64,000 nucleotides of DNA from the NCBI GenBank assembly GCA_051294375.1, contig CM119268.1:19689820-19753819 (forward strand). The letters are read 5' to 3'. The stretch comes from Paraspadella gotoi. Taxonomy: Eukaryota > Animalia > Chaetognatha. This document shows, piece after piece, positions 12,631 to 26,103 of the stretch (position 1 is the stretch's first letter; the number at the start of each line of letters is the position of its first letter). The notes beneath the pieces are model-generated. The model ran no database searches. It was given only the letters and a program-made list of their open reading frames with translations, and was not told where the DNA came from. A program made the position numbers and the translations under genes.

Positions 12631-12863
12631 AAAGACAGTAATTATTGTTATGTGTTAATGACAGAACCGTTCAAATATAAGCAGTCCCTGAGCTTAGGAT
12701 CAGGCTGTAACACCGTGTTACAGGCGGGTTAAGCGCCCCATCCCTCTTAACTGCTAGGCGAACCACCGGGCTAGAACCCCGGACCTTTGGGTTGGGAGGC
12801 GAATGACTTGCCTCCGGCACCAATGGCCGCTGATGAACAGTTAGTGGATTTTAGTCCACCATA
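12631..12863 (-). mobile_element. tRNA-derived SINE
   Basis: Minus strand GCGGCCATTGGTGCCGGAGG..CTCCCAA..GGTCCGGGGTTCTAGCCC has A/B-box-like tRNA head; near-identical copy at 42828-43074, 3' part repeated at 13043-13125. Confidence 0.7.
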
Positions 12864-13218
12864 CATCCCCCCTCCCATAGGGAGAAGTCTGTTGCGTGAA
12901 TTGTTGTTGTTGTGAAAGTTCATCACCAAGTTGAGGGCATGTCGCCTGATGTGTTGTTGGCGGAAAGTGGCATCGCCAGATTGAGTCATGTCGCCTGAAA
13001 GTGTTGTTGTTGCTGTTGTGTTCGGAAGTCGGGCCTCACCAATGAAGAGACAGTAATTATTGTTATGTGTTAATGACGAACCGTTCAATATAAGCAGTCC
13101 CTGAGCTTCGGATCAAGTCTGTAACAAGGTGAAATATTTATTCAAGGTTAAAAGATTATGCACGGTTAAAAAATATAGCAAATTATGAAAATTAAATAAA
13201 TTATGATAAATTATGCAG

Positions 13219-13745
13219 ATTAGGGTTAGGGTAGGGTTAAGGTGGTTTAGGGTAGGATAGGCTTGAGTAGTTAAGGGTTAGGGTTAGGGTTGAGTAAGTT
13301 CATTTTAGGGTTATTGCTAATGTCAATTCTTAAGGTTGCAGAAGGCCCGAAATATGGTTAGGGTTATGGAAGGGTACTGGCGAATGACATGAGGGATAGG
13401 TGGTGAGAGAACGGAGTGATATGAACCTAGGCCCGAGTTGTCGGTTGGGGAGAGGCACGTGGTTTGACTTGTCAAAGGCGGTAGGGTAAGGTTGAGGTAC
13501 GGAGAATGTACGGGATGCTCTAGTCCGCGGGTTAGGGTTGGGAGAGAGAATGGAGTTGAACTGGAGGCCCGGGTTATTGTTACGGTTGGGGGAGAGGCAC
13601 GTTGTTGACTCGTCAAAGGCAGTTAGGGTTAGGATTGAGTCACAGAGATGTACGGGAGGCCCGGGCCCTGGTTAGGGTTGGGGGAGAGGCATGGAGTTGA
13701 ACGGGAGGCCCGGTTTAGGGTTAGGGTTGGGAGAGAAGCCCGTGG
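13219..13745 (+). repeat. Telomere-like TTAGGG variants and ~60-bp GGTTAGGGTTGGGGGAGAGGC units
   Basis: Repeated ttagggttaggg and ggttagggttgggggagaggca..gttga units; probably the interior of a DNA transposon. Confidence 0.6.
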
Positions 13746-13934
13746 GTGATGCGTTCATCCCTGTGCTTCAACATCAGCCGCGAGCCTCTCTTCTAACTCG
13801 CGCCTTTCATTATATTCATTACTTTTCTCACTGGCGAGGTCGCTAGTGGGGGTACTGGCGGCATCGCCAGGGCCCTGGCTATATCGCCATGGCAAAGTCG
13901 CCAACCAACAAGAACCACAGGTTCTTTGACTTAT

Positions 13935-14075
13935 TGATCAATTGATTTATAGATATCTTCATAGATTTATTAGAAGTCTATTATTATTTATTTTGTTATG
14001 ATCACTGATCAGTTAAGATCTGAAGAGATCACAACAAATTATCGTGATTATTATTGTTTGCTCAAACTTGTTTTT
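13935..14075 (+). mobile_element. 3' fragment of HINE family A variant
   Basis: Reverse complement of ~8000-8165; ends in GTTTGCTCAAAC-TTGTTTTT. Confidence 0.6.
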
Positions 14076-14704
14076 CTTAGCTTCAGAGGAAAAAAAGGAA
14101 AATATAAAAATAAAAGGATTAAAAAAAGGAGAAATATTAACATTACATTTGTTAGCATTAAATATTCCACGCTTTTTCTTTTTTTTTTTTTCTTCATAAT
14201 TTTCCACTTGAGTATAAAATCTTGAAAAAAGGAAAGTCAGGATGTTTGTTAGTTTTTAGTCGGTCGCAAGCGGTAGTCGCTCGGTCGGTCCGTCGACTTC
14301 TTTTAGAAAGAAAAAATACATATATATTTTTTTATCAAAACGTCGCTAAAAGCTTCGCCGCAATTACGAGGGCCGGTAATAATGTTTAATTCTATTTCAT
14401 TTCTAGCGTAGCCGTTTAAATACTCCTCGTATGATTTACTACTACAATTTATACTAATTTGTTGTTGTTCTATTTTTTTTACGGTAAAACTGAGTTGCAG
14501 CCATATTTGTTATATTATATTTTATATTTTTGAGCTGTCTTCTGAGCCCCATCACGAACCCAAAGCACAAATAACGACCTAAATTGACCAACGAGTGTCG
14601 ATTTCCGATACACTTGCGAATTATTCAATCAAAGCTTGGTACAATCAAGCTTTTTCAATTGAAAATTCTCTCTGTTGCTTCTTTGTCTACTTAACCCTCT
14701 TCGC

Positions 14705-15242
14705 TAAGGCGTAGTGAAAGTTACATACGAAAATTCTAAAAGTCAATTATGAACAACATACCATCAGTGAACATTAATTTGTAAAAAAAAAAGTTTTTTT
14801 ATTTTCGCAGTAGGCTATATTTATATAACTTTTGATTTGGCAGATTTTTGAATTCCTTATCAAAAGTTGATAAAAAAAATATAAATCATTTTTAAAAATT
14901 CTTTCATTAAGTGGGTTAAAATTTAAAAAATTATATTTAATATATAAAAAGTTAATTTTTAGCTTAAAATATAGCTTTTTCTAATTTTGACCTACTTAAT
15001 GAAATAATTTTTGAAAAAGAGCTATATTTCTTTTTATCAACTTTTTATGACAAATCAAATCTGCAAAAAAATATTTAAAAAAAAATGTTTTGAAATTTTC
15101 AAATTTATTGGTTAAGTACTAGTAAATTGTAAGATTTATTATAATTTTTTTTATTACATAAATGTTCATTAGTATAATGTTGTTCGTTCCTCACTTTTAG
15201 AATTTTAATTAAAGTTAAATTTAGAAATTTTACTACGCCTTA
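14705..15242. mobile_element. hAT-like MITE with 8-bp TSD
   Basis: TIR TAAGGCGTAGTGAAA / TTTTACTACGCCTTA; TSD CTCTTCGC at 14697-14704 and 15243-15250; left-end fragment also at 20148-20218. Confidence 0.85.
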
Positions 15243-15910
15243 CTCTTCGCGTACAAATAGAAACGTAAAATTTCAACACGGGGGGGGGGGGAAATTGATA
15301 TCAATCGAAAGACGGAATCTTTGTTCGTATGTTTGACTTTTCTGGTCTTTACGATTTTTTTTCTTTCATGAATCCTTTTGTTTTTAATTTGTTTCATGTT
15401 GATTTTCCAACACTAAAAAGTAAAAATTTTTTTTTTTTAAATGACGAAATTATCGTAGAAGCTGAAAATGCGAGGAGAAAACCAAGAAATATAACTTTTT
15501 AACTTTATTTTAGTTTTTAACTATTTTTTTTTCTCGTTCGTTTGTTTTTGCAGTTTTTATTGACGATTAATTTTTCTCTCTTAGAATTATAAATTTAATT
15601 TTGTTACCAATTTTCGTAAAAGTAAAACGACGACGACGATAATGACGACGACGAAGACGAAGGCGAACAAAAATTTATAACATTAAGCTCAACAACAACA
15701 ACAACTACGATTGAGAGTCAAGAAAAAAGGCAGACGAAGTTTGATGAGAAAGAAAAAAAAGGGAAAAAGAGGTTTTTGTGACGCCGAGGCACGACGAGGA
15801 GGAGGAGGAAGAGGAGGAGGAGATGAAGGGAGGAGGAAGAAATCCTGGGAGGAGGAGAAAACGCGCGTGCTCAGTCTTCTTAGGACGTAACATTGGACAA
15901 ACCTTTAAAA

Positions 15911-15941
<31 letters not shown>

Positions 15942-16405
15942 TGACGATTGGATGGTCAAGCAGCAGAAGTCAATCTTCTTTTGCATTTTTTTCCTTCTGA
16001 CAGAAAAACAAGATGGCGACCGAAGCAATACAGGAGGGAACCTTTATTAAAAGGGAGCGATGTATGAAGAGACTCTGTATCAAAATTAAAATTAAACGAA
16101 GAAAATATAAGCCTGTCCAAAGTCAGGGGCAAGATATATTATTTTTAAATGAATGGATAATTTTTTTATCTCTTGTACGAATTTTATATTTATAAAATAT
16201 TTCCGGGATCATTTATGAATTACTTTGTGCTGAAAGTCGCCTAATGAACGAATTCTCTCTCTGTCACGATGACTGACTGACTGACCGGCTGACCGGTCAG
16301 TGACCGCGCGCTCAGGATGTTGACTTATCATTACAAAACATCCTTAACGTAGTTTGTGTCATCATCTTCATCTCTGTTCCCATCGTCATCTTAATCGTCA
16401 AATAA

Positions 16406-16451
<46 letters not shown>

Positions 16452-16823
16452 TTTCTCCTCAACTTCGTCCTTCATTTAGAAATCCCGATTTTTTTATCCA
16501 AAAAAATATGATGACCATCGAAAATAACGGAAACGAATACGAATGCGAGAAAGATGAGCAGAATGAAAAATGAATGAATGAATAAATGTATGAATGAAAG
16601 AATGAATGTATGAATGAAATAATAAATAAATTAATTAATTAATTAATGTATGAACGAAATATGAATGAATGAATGAATGAATGAATGAATGAATAAATGA
16701 ATGATTGAATGAAGGAATGAATGAATGAATGAATGAATGAATGAATGAATGAATGAATGAATGAATGAATGAATGAATAAATTAATGATTTAATGATTTA
16801 ATGATTTAATTAATTAATTAATG
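16406..16823. repeat. (GTC)n and (GAAT)n microsatellites
   Basis: (GTC)n at 16406-16446; (GAAT)n at 16571-16780. Confidence 0.9.
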
Positions 16824-17677
16824 AGTTTTCGGGCGAACTAACGAACGAAGGCTCTAAAATTTCGGCGATAAATCTTTTTCATCGAAAAATTTGTCGCAAT
16901 CAACCTCGTGACTCCGAATCGAGGCCGCGCTGGCTACGTCGGCTGCGTCGGCGGCGTTTGACTGATTCCGCCTTATAATTAATTACGACGCCGAAGAAGT
17001 CTTCACAGCGCGGCAAAAGCCGTTTTAGCGCCGGAGAAGCGTTACCGAGCCGCAGAATTCGTTTTTACACACTCTAGATCAGAACGTTAGAGCCGAGCGT
17101 TTTATGCTACCCTTTAATCCTTATAAGACAAGAAGCAAATAAAAAGTAATAAAAGGTTTTAAAAAAATAATTTATAGCGCGGAATAAAGAAAAGGATGAA
17201 CTGTTAAGAGAGAGAGAGATAGGACGAGGAGAGAAGAGAGAGAGAGAGGAGAGAGAGAGACGAGAGAGAAGAGAGAAGAGAGAGAGAGGGGAGAGAGAGA
17301 GGAGAGTGAGAGAGAGAGAGAGAGAGCCATAAAAATCCGTCGGTAACCAGAAAAAAATGTAAAGAGGGGAAAAACGAAGACTCTCTCCTCTTGTCTGCTT
17401 CACTGGAGCGTTTACCTCATGCGCTACGCTGAAGCAGAAGCACTTCTCAGAACGATGGTACGCCTGAGCGCTACGCATAATCTCCGTGTGGGGGCTACAC
17501 TTAAAATACGTGCCTCTTCAGATCCCTCCGCCAAGCACTCCACCAAAGCAGTACACATTTAGCTCAAGAGTTCCGCTAGAGCGCTCCGCTCTAATGAAGT
17601 TCGTGTCGCCCAAGCAAGATTCAAGAACAAGATTCGCTCGTAGAACGCAGTGGGACATTTACTGGCTGCTCGCCGTC

Positions 17678-18482
17678 GAATAAATGACTTGAAGGGAGGA
17701 GGCAGGCATGGGATAATGGAAGGCCAATAACGGTAAGATAAATGAGTCATAGGGAGGAAGCAGGCATGGGATAATGGAAGGCCAATAATTGGAAGGATAA
17801 ATGAGTCATTGAAAAGAAGCAGGCATGGATAATTGGAAGGCCAATAATGGAAGGATAAATGAGTCATTGGGAGGAAGCAGGCATGGATAATGAAGGCCAA
17901 TAATGGAAGGATAAATGAGTCATTGAAAAAGCAGGCTTGGGATAATGAAAGGCCAATAATGGAAGGATAAATGAGTCATTGGAGAGGAAGTGGGATGGAT
18001 AATGGAAGGCCAATAATGCAAGGATAAATGAGTCATTGAGAGGGAAGCAGGCATGGGTTAATAGAAGGCCAATAATGGAAGGAATAAATGAGTCATTGGA
18101 GGAAGCAGCATGGATAATGGGAAGGCCAATAATGGAAGAATAAATGAGTCATTGGGAGGAAGCAGGCATGGGAAAATGGAAGGCCAATAATGGAAGGATA
18201 AATGAGTCATTGGGAGGAAGCAGGGATGGGATAATGGAAAGTCAATATTGGAAGGATAAATGAGTCATTGAGAAGAAGCAGGCATGGATAATTTAAGGCC
18301 AATAATGAAAGGATAAATGAGTCATTGGGAGGAAGCAGGCATGGGATAATGGAAGGCCAATAATGGAAGAATAAATGAGTCATTGAGAGGAAGAAGGCAT
18401 GGATAATGGAAGGCCAATAATGGAAGGATAAATGAGTCATTGGGAGGAAGCAGGCATGGGATAATGGGAGGCCAATAATGGA
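17678..18482 (+). repeat. 58-bp minisatellite, ~14 copies
   Basis: Unit AAGGATAAATGAGTCATTGGGAGGAAGCAGGCATGGGATAATGGAAGGCCAATAATGG. Confidence 0.95.
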
Positions 18483-19124
18483 GGTGAGCTGTGCAGAAAA
18501 GCCGTTACCCACCTACGAAAAGACGGGGATATAAAAATGATCATCTAAGTGAAGGAAAAAGAAAAAAGGAAAAAGAAAAAAAAGGCACTGGCTATTAATT
18601 GTTAGGCTCTTATTCTCGCTTCTCTTAAACCCGGCTAAGGCTTTTCGCGAATAATTTACTTGGGTTCAGTAATGAAACAGTGAAAACTCTTAATAGAAAT
18701 TTTTTTTCTCTCGAGTTCTAAACGCGGAGAATCGAGTGGAGGTCAGAAGTCGGATAAATCTTGGGAAAAGTTGCTTACTGTAGCATCATTTATCGGAGAA
18801 GAGAGAGAGAGAGAAAGGAAAATTTTTGGGCGCACGCGAGGGAAACCCTCGCAATTAGGAGAGAGGAGAAAGAAAGTGGTGACTACTGTCGAATGAAGAC
18901 TTGAAATGGACCATGAACCTTTTTTTTTTCCTTTTTACCTTTTTTTAACTAATAACTTTTAACATGTTTAAACGTTTAGGGCTGTGTGATTTAAGTATAA
19001 TTATCAATCACAATTATATTATTTTATTTTTCACAAACTATACTTTTTTCCGTAATGCTTAAATACATTTTTATCTTACTGTGGCGAATCCTAAATTCGC
19101 CTCACGTATAGCTTGGGAAAACTC

Positions 19125-19278
19125 AGCTCATTGGCTTGAACAGCTAAGTATTCCTTCACCAACCGTGAGTTCCGGGTTCAATCCCATCACGGTCCAGCTG
19201 GCTAAAGTGTGATGGTGTCGGCCAGTGACCTGAGGTGGTCACACCCCAGGCATCACACATGTCCCTTCGTTGCCATAT
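19125..19278 (+). mobile_element. tRNA-derived SINE-like element
   Basis: TGGCTTGAACAG..CCGGGTTCAATCCC B-box-like motif; its 3' part CACACCCCAGGCATCACACATGTCCC..GTTGCCAT recurs inverted at 20056-20093. Confidence 0.5.
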
Positions 19279-19687
19279 TACTTTATTTAACGATATGTTC
19301 ATGAACAGACAGACAGACGAGCAGACTTCAAATTAAAATGCTGTAGCTGTAAATTGTTTTCCCCTATCTCACGACTGACGGCTCCCTGGAAATGACTCAC
19401 TATGTGGCTCTTCGGATGAAAATATTTGACATTAAACTTGAACCGGATATGACGCTAGACAACGAACAGCTATGATACCCTGTTGATCACGAAAGGTCAA
19501 AAGGAGAAATCCCCAATGTACCAAAACGTTGGATCATAACACGCGCTAATTAGTCTTCTATCTCTGTCTCTCTCAACGACAGTGAAACGCCATCGCGAGC
19601 AGCGAAAGGCACAGATTGAGAGAGAGGAAGGAGAAGAGGAGGAGAAAGAGTTTAATTTCTTGGCGGACTCTAAGGAAAATTGAAATG

Positions 19688-20050
19688 AACAAGTTTGAGC
19701 AAACAATGTCGGACCTGCCCACGATCATTAGCGGTAATTAATTAATCAATTAATATAAACTAAAATAATAATTTAATTAATGAATGGATAAATTTGTTCC
19801 AATTTTTTTGTTTTTAGGTCTTTTTGTCACTGACCACGACAAAGGCAACGACGACGATGATGGCGATGACAAAAATAATGCCAATAAAAATTGACTTGAT
19901 TGATTGATTAATTGAGTAAATAATTAATTAATTTATAAATAAATTGATTGATTAAATAATTAATTAATAGATAAAAAATTGATTTATTGAATAATTAATT
20001 AATTAATTAATTATTTATTAATTGATTGATTAATTAACTGATTAATTATC
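19688..20050 (-). mobile_element. 3' part of HINE family A
   Basis: AACAAGTTTGAGCAAACAATGTCGGACCTGCCCACGATC followed by the (AATT)-rich tract. Confidence 0.7.
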
Positions 20051-21184
20051 ACATTATGGCAACGGAGGGACATGTGTGATGCCTGGGGTGTGAGGCATCT
20101 CCCAACAGCTGTCGCTTAGGGCTTTGGACTTGCAGTAACCACTAGAGTGTAGTGAAAGTTACGTACGGAAATTCTAAAAGTCAATTATGAACAACATACC
20201 ATCAGTGAACATTAATTTTCTTATAATAGTTCAATTCTATAAACCATTTAATCAGTTTATCTGTCCACCCCTATTATCTTGGAGGTAAAATACTTAGTTC
20301 ATCTTAGAATACTGATTTAAAAAAAAATTATCCGAAAAAATTGAATCCTTCCCTTTTTTCATACATTTATTTGTTTGCCCATCCATATGTAACTTTAACC
20401 TATCATTGTACTTGAGTAAATTGATGTATTGATCTTTTTGTGGCCAGAAAAGAGGTTGATTGAGCTTAATCTTAAGTTTGGACAAAATCATATAACTATT
20501 TATTTTTTATTTTAAAAAGTAAAAATATATATTAATAATAACAACAATAATAAGTATAAAGATAATAACAACTGAAGAAAAATAATATGCTTTGCCTCTC
20601 TTCTTTTCCGTCGGTCAACTTCAAATGACCACATAATTTTTAGTGATTGAACCTGACCTTTTAGGGTTACTATTTACTTGTAGGCTGACTTAATAAGAAT
20701 TTGTTATTCAATCTCGTCTGCCCGTTAAAGTTTCTACGGGTTTTTGATATTATTGATACTAATAAAATAATAATTATCCAAAGACTCTCGTCGTACTCTT
20801 TAAACGGGCGACGTCTTGAACGCGCGACACCTTGAGGCATAGAAAATAACATATATTTTCTGCAACAACAATGACTCTTTCTTTTTCTCACCCAATGTCC
20901 CTTTTTATTTTTTTATCTTTCTCTCTCTCAATCTATTTCACGTTTTCTTTTTTCATTCTTAACTTACCTTTTCTTTAAGCTCCTTACTTTTTATACTTTT
21001 ACCATTTCCATTTAATTCTCTTCTATCTTTATACATTCATATGAGCGGAATTTGTGCCAGTGGAATAGTTTAAATGGAAAAAACCATAGTCAACATTTAC
21101 TTGAATCTTTATGATTTATGATTTACTAAATAAAGTAGGTTCGGGCATTGGCCTAGGTTCACCCCGCCTATAAGCATGACTCTT

Positions 21185-21345
21185 TCAGTTGTGAACCGGT
21201 GGGTATTGAAGTAAAGCCATCAGCTTCAATGACCACGCAGGTACCGGGTTCAAATCCCAACCGGGTACCTACCCTGCGGGAAGAGTTGAGGACGGCCGTG
21301 AAGCCGCCTTGGGGCGTGGCAAACCCTCAAGCCTTGGTTCCAAGC
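21185..21345 (+). mobile_element. tRNA-derived SINE-like element
   Basis: CAGGTACCGGGTTCAAATCCC B-box motif in a GC-rich island. Confidence 0.45.
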
Positions 21346-21964
21346 CCAGGACCCGTTCCATTGTCTGCTAGAGGGGGTTATAGAAGTTACGGTAGTCATC
21401 TTCAGCCCACTTAGCGCCTTATCCACAAATGTAATTAATTAATTAATTAATGTGGAAAAATGTTACAATTTAAAAAATTATGCAAGTTGAAAAAAATGGA
21501 TGCAAGTTGAAAAATGATGCAAGTTAAAAAAATCTTAAAAGCATAAGGATCGTCGCAATTGCATAATTGCGAGAGAGAGAGAGAGTGAAGAAAGGAGAAG
21601 AAAGAGAGAGACGAGGGAAATAAAAAGGCATTTTAAAACTTGATGTTGCAATAGCAAAATGATAACATGCACGAATGCGATGCATAATTTTACGAGTTCA
21701 ATCCTAATTCAATTTTTTTTAACAAAAACGCAGAGAGAGAAGAGAGGAGAGAGAGAGAGAGGGAAGAGAGGAGAGAGAGAGAGAGAAAGAGGAGAGATCG
21801 TTTTCGGACGAATCAGCAGCGGCAGCAGCAGAGACAGCCAGAAAAAAGAAAGAAATCAAAAGGCAGCAGCAGAAGCAGCAGGAGAAAAGAGAGAAAAAGA
21901 AAAGCCCCGATGAATCAGCACTGAGGGAAAAGGGAGAGAGATAGCTACATATAATTAAAAGAGA

Positions 21965-22745
21965 AAAATCAGTTAATTAATCAATAATTATTAATTCAGT
22001 CAATTTATCAATCAATTAATTATTCAATCAATCAATTTATTTATCTATTAATAATTATTTAATCAATCAATTCATTTATCTATTATTGATTATTCAATCA
22101 ATCAATCAAGTCAATCATTATCGGCATTATTCTCATCGTCGTCATTGCTTTTGTCATGGTTAGTGACGAAAATAAATAAAACAAACATTTCAAATCAAAT
22201 TAATTAACAAATTTCCTAATTAATTGCTCATGAGTGGATTGGCAATTGACTTAGAATTTTGTATGGTGGGTAGGAAAGTGTGTGATTGAACAGGAAAAAC
22301 AGTTTCGATGGAATCGTTTGGAGTGGAAATGAGTTTAAATAGAAAAAAAGCAAAAATTGATTATGCTCTTTTTCCTTTATATTAAATGTATATGCAGTAT
22401 GTATTTAATAATCAAATAATTAATCAGTTAATTAATAAATTAGTCAATTAATCAATAATTAATTAATCAGTCAATATAATCCGTCCATCCATCCCACCCT
22501 TAGCAAAAAGCTCCAAAAACTCGTGATTGGCTGGTTGAATTGGAATGAAATTTTGTGTGTGGGTAGGAAAATGTGTGACGAAGCTTGATATAAAGTTTCG
22601 GTGGAAACGTACGAGTGGAAATGAGTTTAAATGAAAAAATAATAATTAATTAATAATTAATAAATAATTAATAATTTAATTAATAATTAATAAATAATTA
22701 ATTAATTATCGTAGGCAGATCCGACATTGTTTGCTCAAACTGTTC
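21965..22745 (+). mobile_element. 5'-truncated HINE family A
   Basis: Internal units match 1790-2340; ends GCAGATCCGAC-ATT-GTTTGCTCAAAC-TGTT. Confidence 0.75.
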
Positions 22746-24217
22746 TTCTAAAACTCATGTTGGACTCTTTGGACGGGCGACATCTTGAACGTTTGATTTC
22801 GCGAGCGCAAAGAGGAAACTTTACATTCTTATAAAATTATAAATTTTCAAAATAATTTTTTTTTTAATTTTTATTAAAGATTCTGATTCTTCACAAAAAG
22901 TTAGATCAAAAATATAAAATATGTTATTAAATATTTCAATGTCTTCAGCGTCAAAAATGGGAAAAAATGGTCAAATTCTTTACTTTTTTACACTTTGTAG
23001 TAGAAACCATTATATGATGAAACTTTTTAATCATTTTTCGCAGCTTTAAGCTAAAATTATCATGTAACATATTTTACAAAAGTTTTTCAGTTTTTTCCGG
23101 CGAATCCAAAACTGTTTTTAAAATTAAGAAAATATGATTTTGAAATTTTATGATTTTATAAGGATATTACTATAAAAAAAATTCAATTAATGATACTGTT
23201 AAGCAAATTTTTTTTTAAAAAGGGTTTAATTGTTTTTATTACATATACAAAGGCAGCAAAAAAGTATTGTTCCATCGCTCAATATTTTCATCAATCCACC
23301 CTAATGCTCATTAAAAATTTTATTTCTACTCTAAAATAAAAGATATCAAAAAAAGAAAAAAATCAGATTGTAGCAAAATCAAATAGCAAGAAGCTGATTT
23401 TTTTGAAAATTCTAATTTTTTTTCCTTTTTCTAGATCTAAAATTCTCAATGCTCAAAATCTTTTTTTTCAAAATGTTTTTTTTCCTATTTTTTTAAGAAA
23501 TAAAAATGTTTATTGTACAGTAGTTGTAGTCCGAACTGTTTCAAAATATATATATATGATTACAATAATATGACTTAACTCAAAATGTCTTTCTTATTCT
23601 TTGCCTCAACACAGTAGGAATACAGTAAAAAAAGAAAGTCAAATCTTGAAAAAGTGGGAAAAAAGGAATGTCGTTTTCGGTGAAGAAAACAAGAACATCG
23701 CAGTTTTGTCAGTAGTCAGTTTTGTCTTTTTGTCAGCGGTTGCTTTTGTTTTCGATGACAATGTTGCAGGCTGTTATTTTATTGATCACGAGGAACAGAG
23801 GTACTTCTGTTCAGACAATCGTGAAGCCAGCGTCGTCGTCTTCGTCCTATGTCTTTTTTATATTGTATTTTGTATATTAATTCATAATCAAAGAGTAGTT
23901 AATGTACTCGGTGAAATAATTAAAACAAAACAAGAACTTTAACTAGGGTTTACCAAGTGTAGTCCATAATATTCTTATGGTGACTGCGTTATTTTTCAGG
24001 TCATTATTCTTAGAAATGTAAAAATTTATATTTTGATTCTTAACAACAGCGTATTAAATTAAATTAAACAGGTCTTTTCATGGTCCCTGTTTCTCTGGCT
24101 GTTGCATTATGCTTACGGTTGCCCTTATATACGTCGTCGTCGGCAACGTGAGATTCCACTCAGCGGCCAAAAGAAGAGGAATGTTATGTGATTCTCGGAA
24201 TTATTAATAAAAATCTG

Positions 24218-24254
<37 letters not shown>

Positions 24255-24588
24255 AGGATCGAATCTTACCATTATCCGGTATGTCGCTAATCTCTAATGC
24301 AGGAAAACCTAAAGTCGAAATCACCAAAACTAAAAAAAACATCTACGAAAACGCAAGTACTAGAAACTATCAAACAATGCTTCAGAAATTCCACAAAAAA
24401 AACTAGACACTAACTGGAAAGACAAAACAAATACTACAACAAGGAACAAATTAAAAATCTAAAAATTGCAAGGACGCTCAAAACCTCCAAATTCAAAAGG
24501 GTAACTATATTCGACGTCCGCACCGGGTTGCTTTGTTATCCATTTTTTGTTTTCCCTCCTAGTGTCGAAAGTTTTACTTTGCGCATAA

Positions 24589-24928
24589 TATACATTATTC
24601 TTTGTTCAGTAAATACAAATTGTTAGATTTTATAAATAATATTGTTTCAATTTATATTTAATTGTATTTTATGTAGTAGAGTTTATAAGATATTTCTCGT
24701 TCAATGTAACCTTCACAGCGCAAAAACGAATGTTGTGAAACAAATATTATTTATTGACTCTTTTTTCCCTCTTCAAACTTTTCACAAAGTCTGTGAAATA
24801 TTTGTTTATAAGTTAATTTGTTTTTTGCGCTGATGAGGTTTAATTAAAGCCGATTTGCTTTCTTAAATAAAATTTGTTTTACGTAACAAACAAACAAACA
24901 ATTTTTATCGTCGCAAACGCAAAGCGCT
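24589..24928 (+). mobile_element. Penelope-like 3' remnant with degenerate hammerhead
   Basis: TSD TTTGCGCATAA at 24578-24588 and 24929-24939; CTGATGA-GGTTT-aatt-AAAGCC-GA at 24830 (GAAA lost); AATAAA; tail ATCGTCGCAAAC resembles 6199-6211. Confidence 0.6.
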
Positions 24929-25962
24929 TTTGCGCATAAGGATGGCTCGTTCGTGTTGTTGTCGGCGTCCAAATATAGATCGCCTTTTTAATTGATTATT
25001 CTGGGTGTATGAAGCTGAAATTTATATACAGACTTCTCATCATTGATGTGCTTAAAATTGAGTCTGGACAGTTTGTAGATAATAAATGTTTTGTTTACAT
25101 TTTCATAAACAAAAGAATTATCTCTTTATTTTTATATTTCTTTCTCTTCTCTTTCTCTTAATTACTATGTTCTCTCCCTCCTCTCCTCTTTCCTAGATCA
25201 TGAGAGGGAAAAAACGAAGTCTGCAAGCCGGTCGCAGGGGCTTATTCGTTTCTCTTTTTCTCCTGCCTGCTTCTGCTGCTGCCTTTTGAGTCTGCAACTG
25301 GCTCTGCAGGGGCCTTATTTTTCCTCTCTTCTACCGGTGCACTTGTCTTCTATTAAAAGGTGGACTTGCTGCTGATTGGTCCAAACCGGATTTGGCTCTT
25401 TTCTCTTAAGACTTATTTTCTTTTTATAAACTCCGGTACTAACATAATAACATTAATTAATTGGAAATTTTTATTAAATAAATTCCTAAAATTTGGTATT
25501 ACTGGAACAAGAAATGTTATATTATTGGCAAAGGTAGACTCGACCTAGAAGGGAAAACCAAAAATGTTTCAAAGCCAACCGGGTGCCGGACGTTCGAATA
25601 GTAAAGTTACCCTTGAAAAATTTGAGTTGAGCCGTCTGCATTCTTTAGATTTTAATTTGTTCTTGTTGTAGTATTGTTTGTCTTTCCAGGTTTAGTTGTC
25701 TTTTAGTTTTTGTGGAAGGTATAGCTAGGTGCTCCGTTTCGAGTGTTTTTTACATCTATTTTTACCCGATTTTCCCAGGGGCGTTGACATTATTTGGTAG
25801 TCAGATTTGAAACGAAAATCTCCATTGAAAAAGTCTTCCTCGACTTTCTAAGAAACGACGTAGACTCCTATATATACGTCGTCGTCGGCAACGTGAGATT
25901 CCACTCAGCGGCCAAAAGAAGAGGAATGTTATGTGATTCTCGGAATTATTAATAAAAATCTG

Positions 25963-26042
<80 letters not shown>

Positions 26043-26067
26043 NNNNNNNNNNNNNNNNNNNNNNNNN
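26043..26067. other. Assembly gap in (GA)n
   Basis: Run of N. Confidence 1.

Positions 26068-26103
<36 letters not shown>

Noticed and set aside
12826-12863. Hammerhead at CTGATGA in the SINE (also 7102, 10651, 34068, 37575)
   Set aside because: No stem II followed by GAAA and a cleavage triplet.
13219-13320. True telomere or chromosome fusion site
   Set aside because: Short, degenerate and embedded in repeat-like sequence.
17678-18482. CRISPR-like array or repeat protein
   Set aside because: Units are contiguous with no unique spacers, 58 bp is not a multiple of 3, and the context is eukaryotic.
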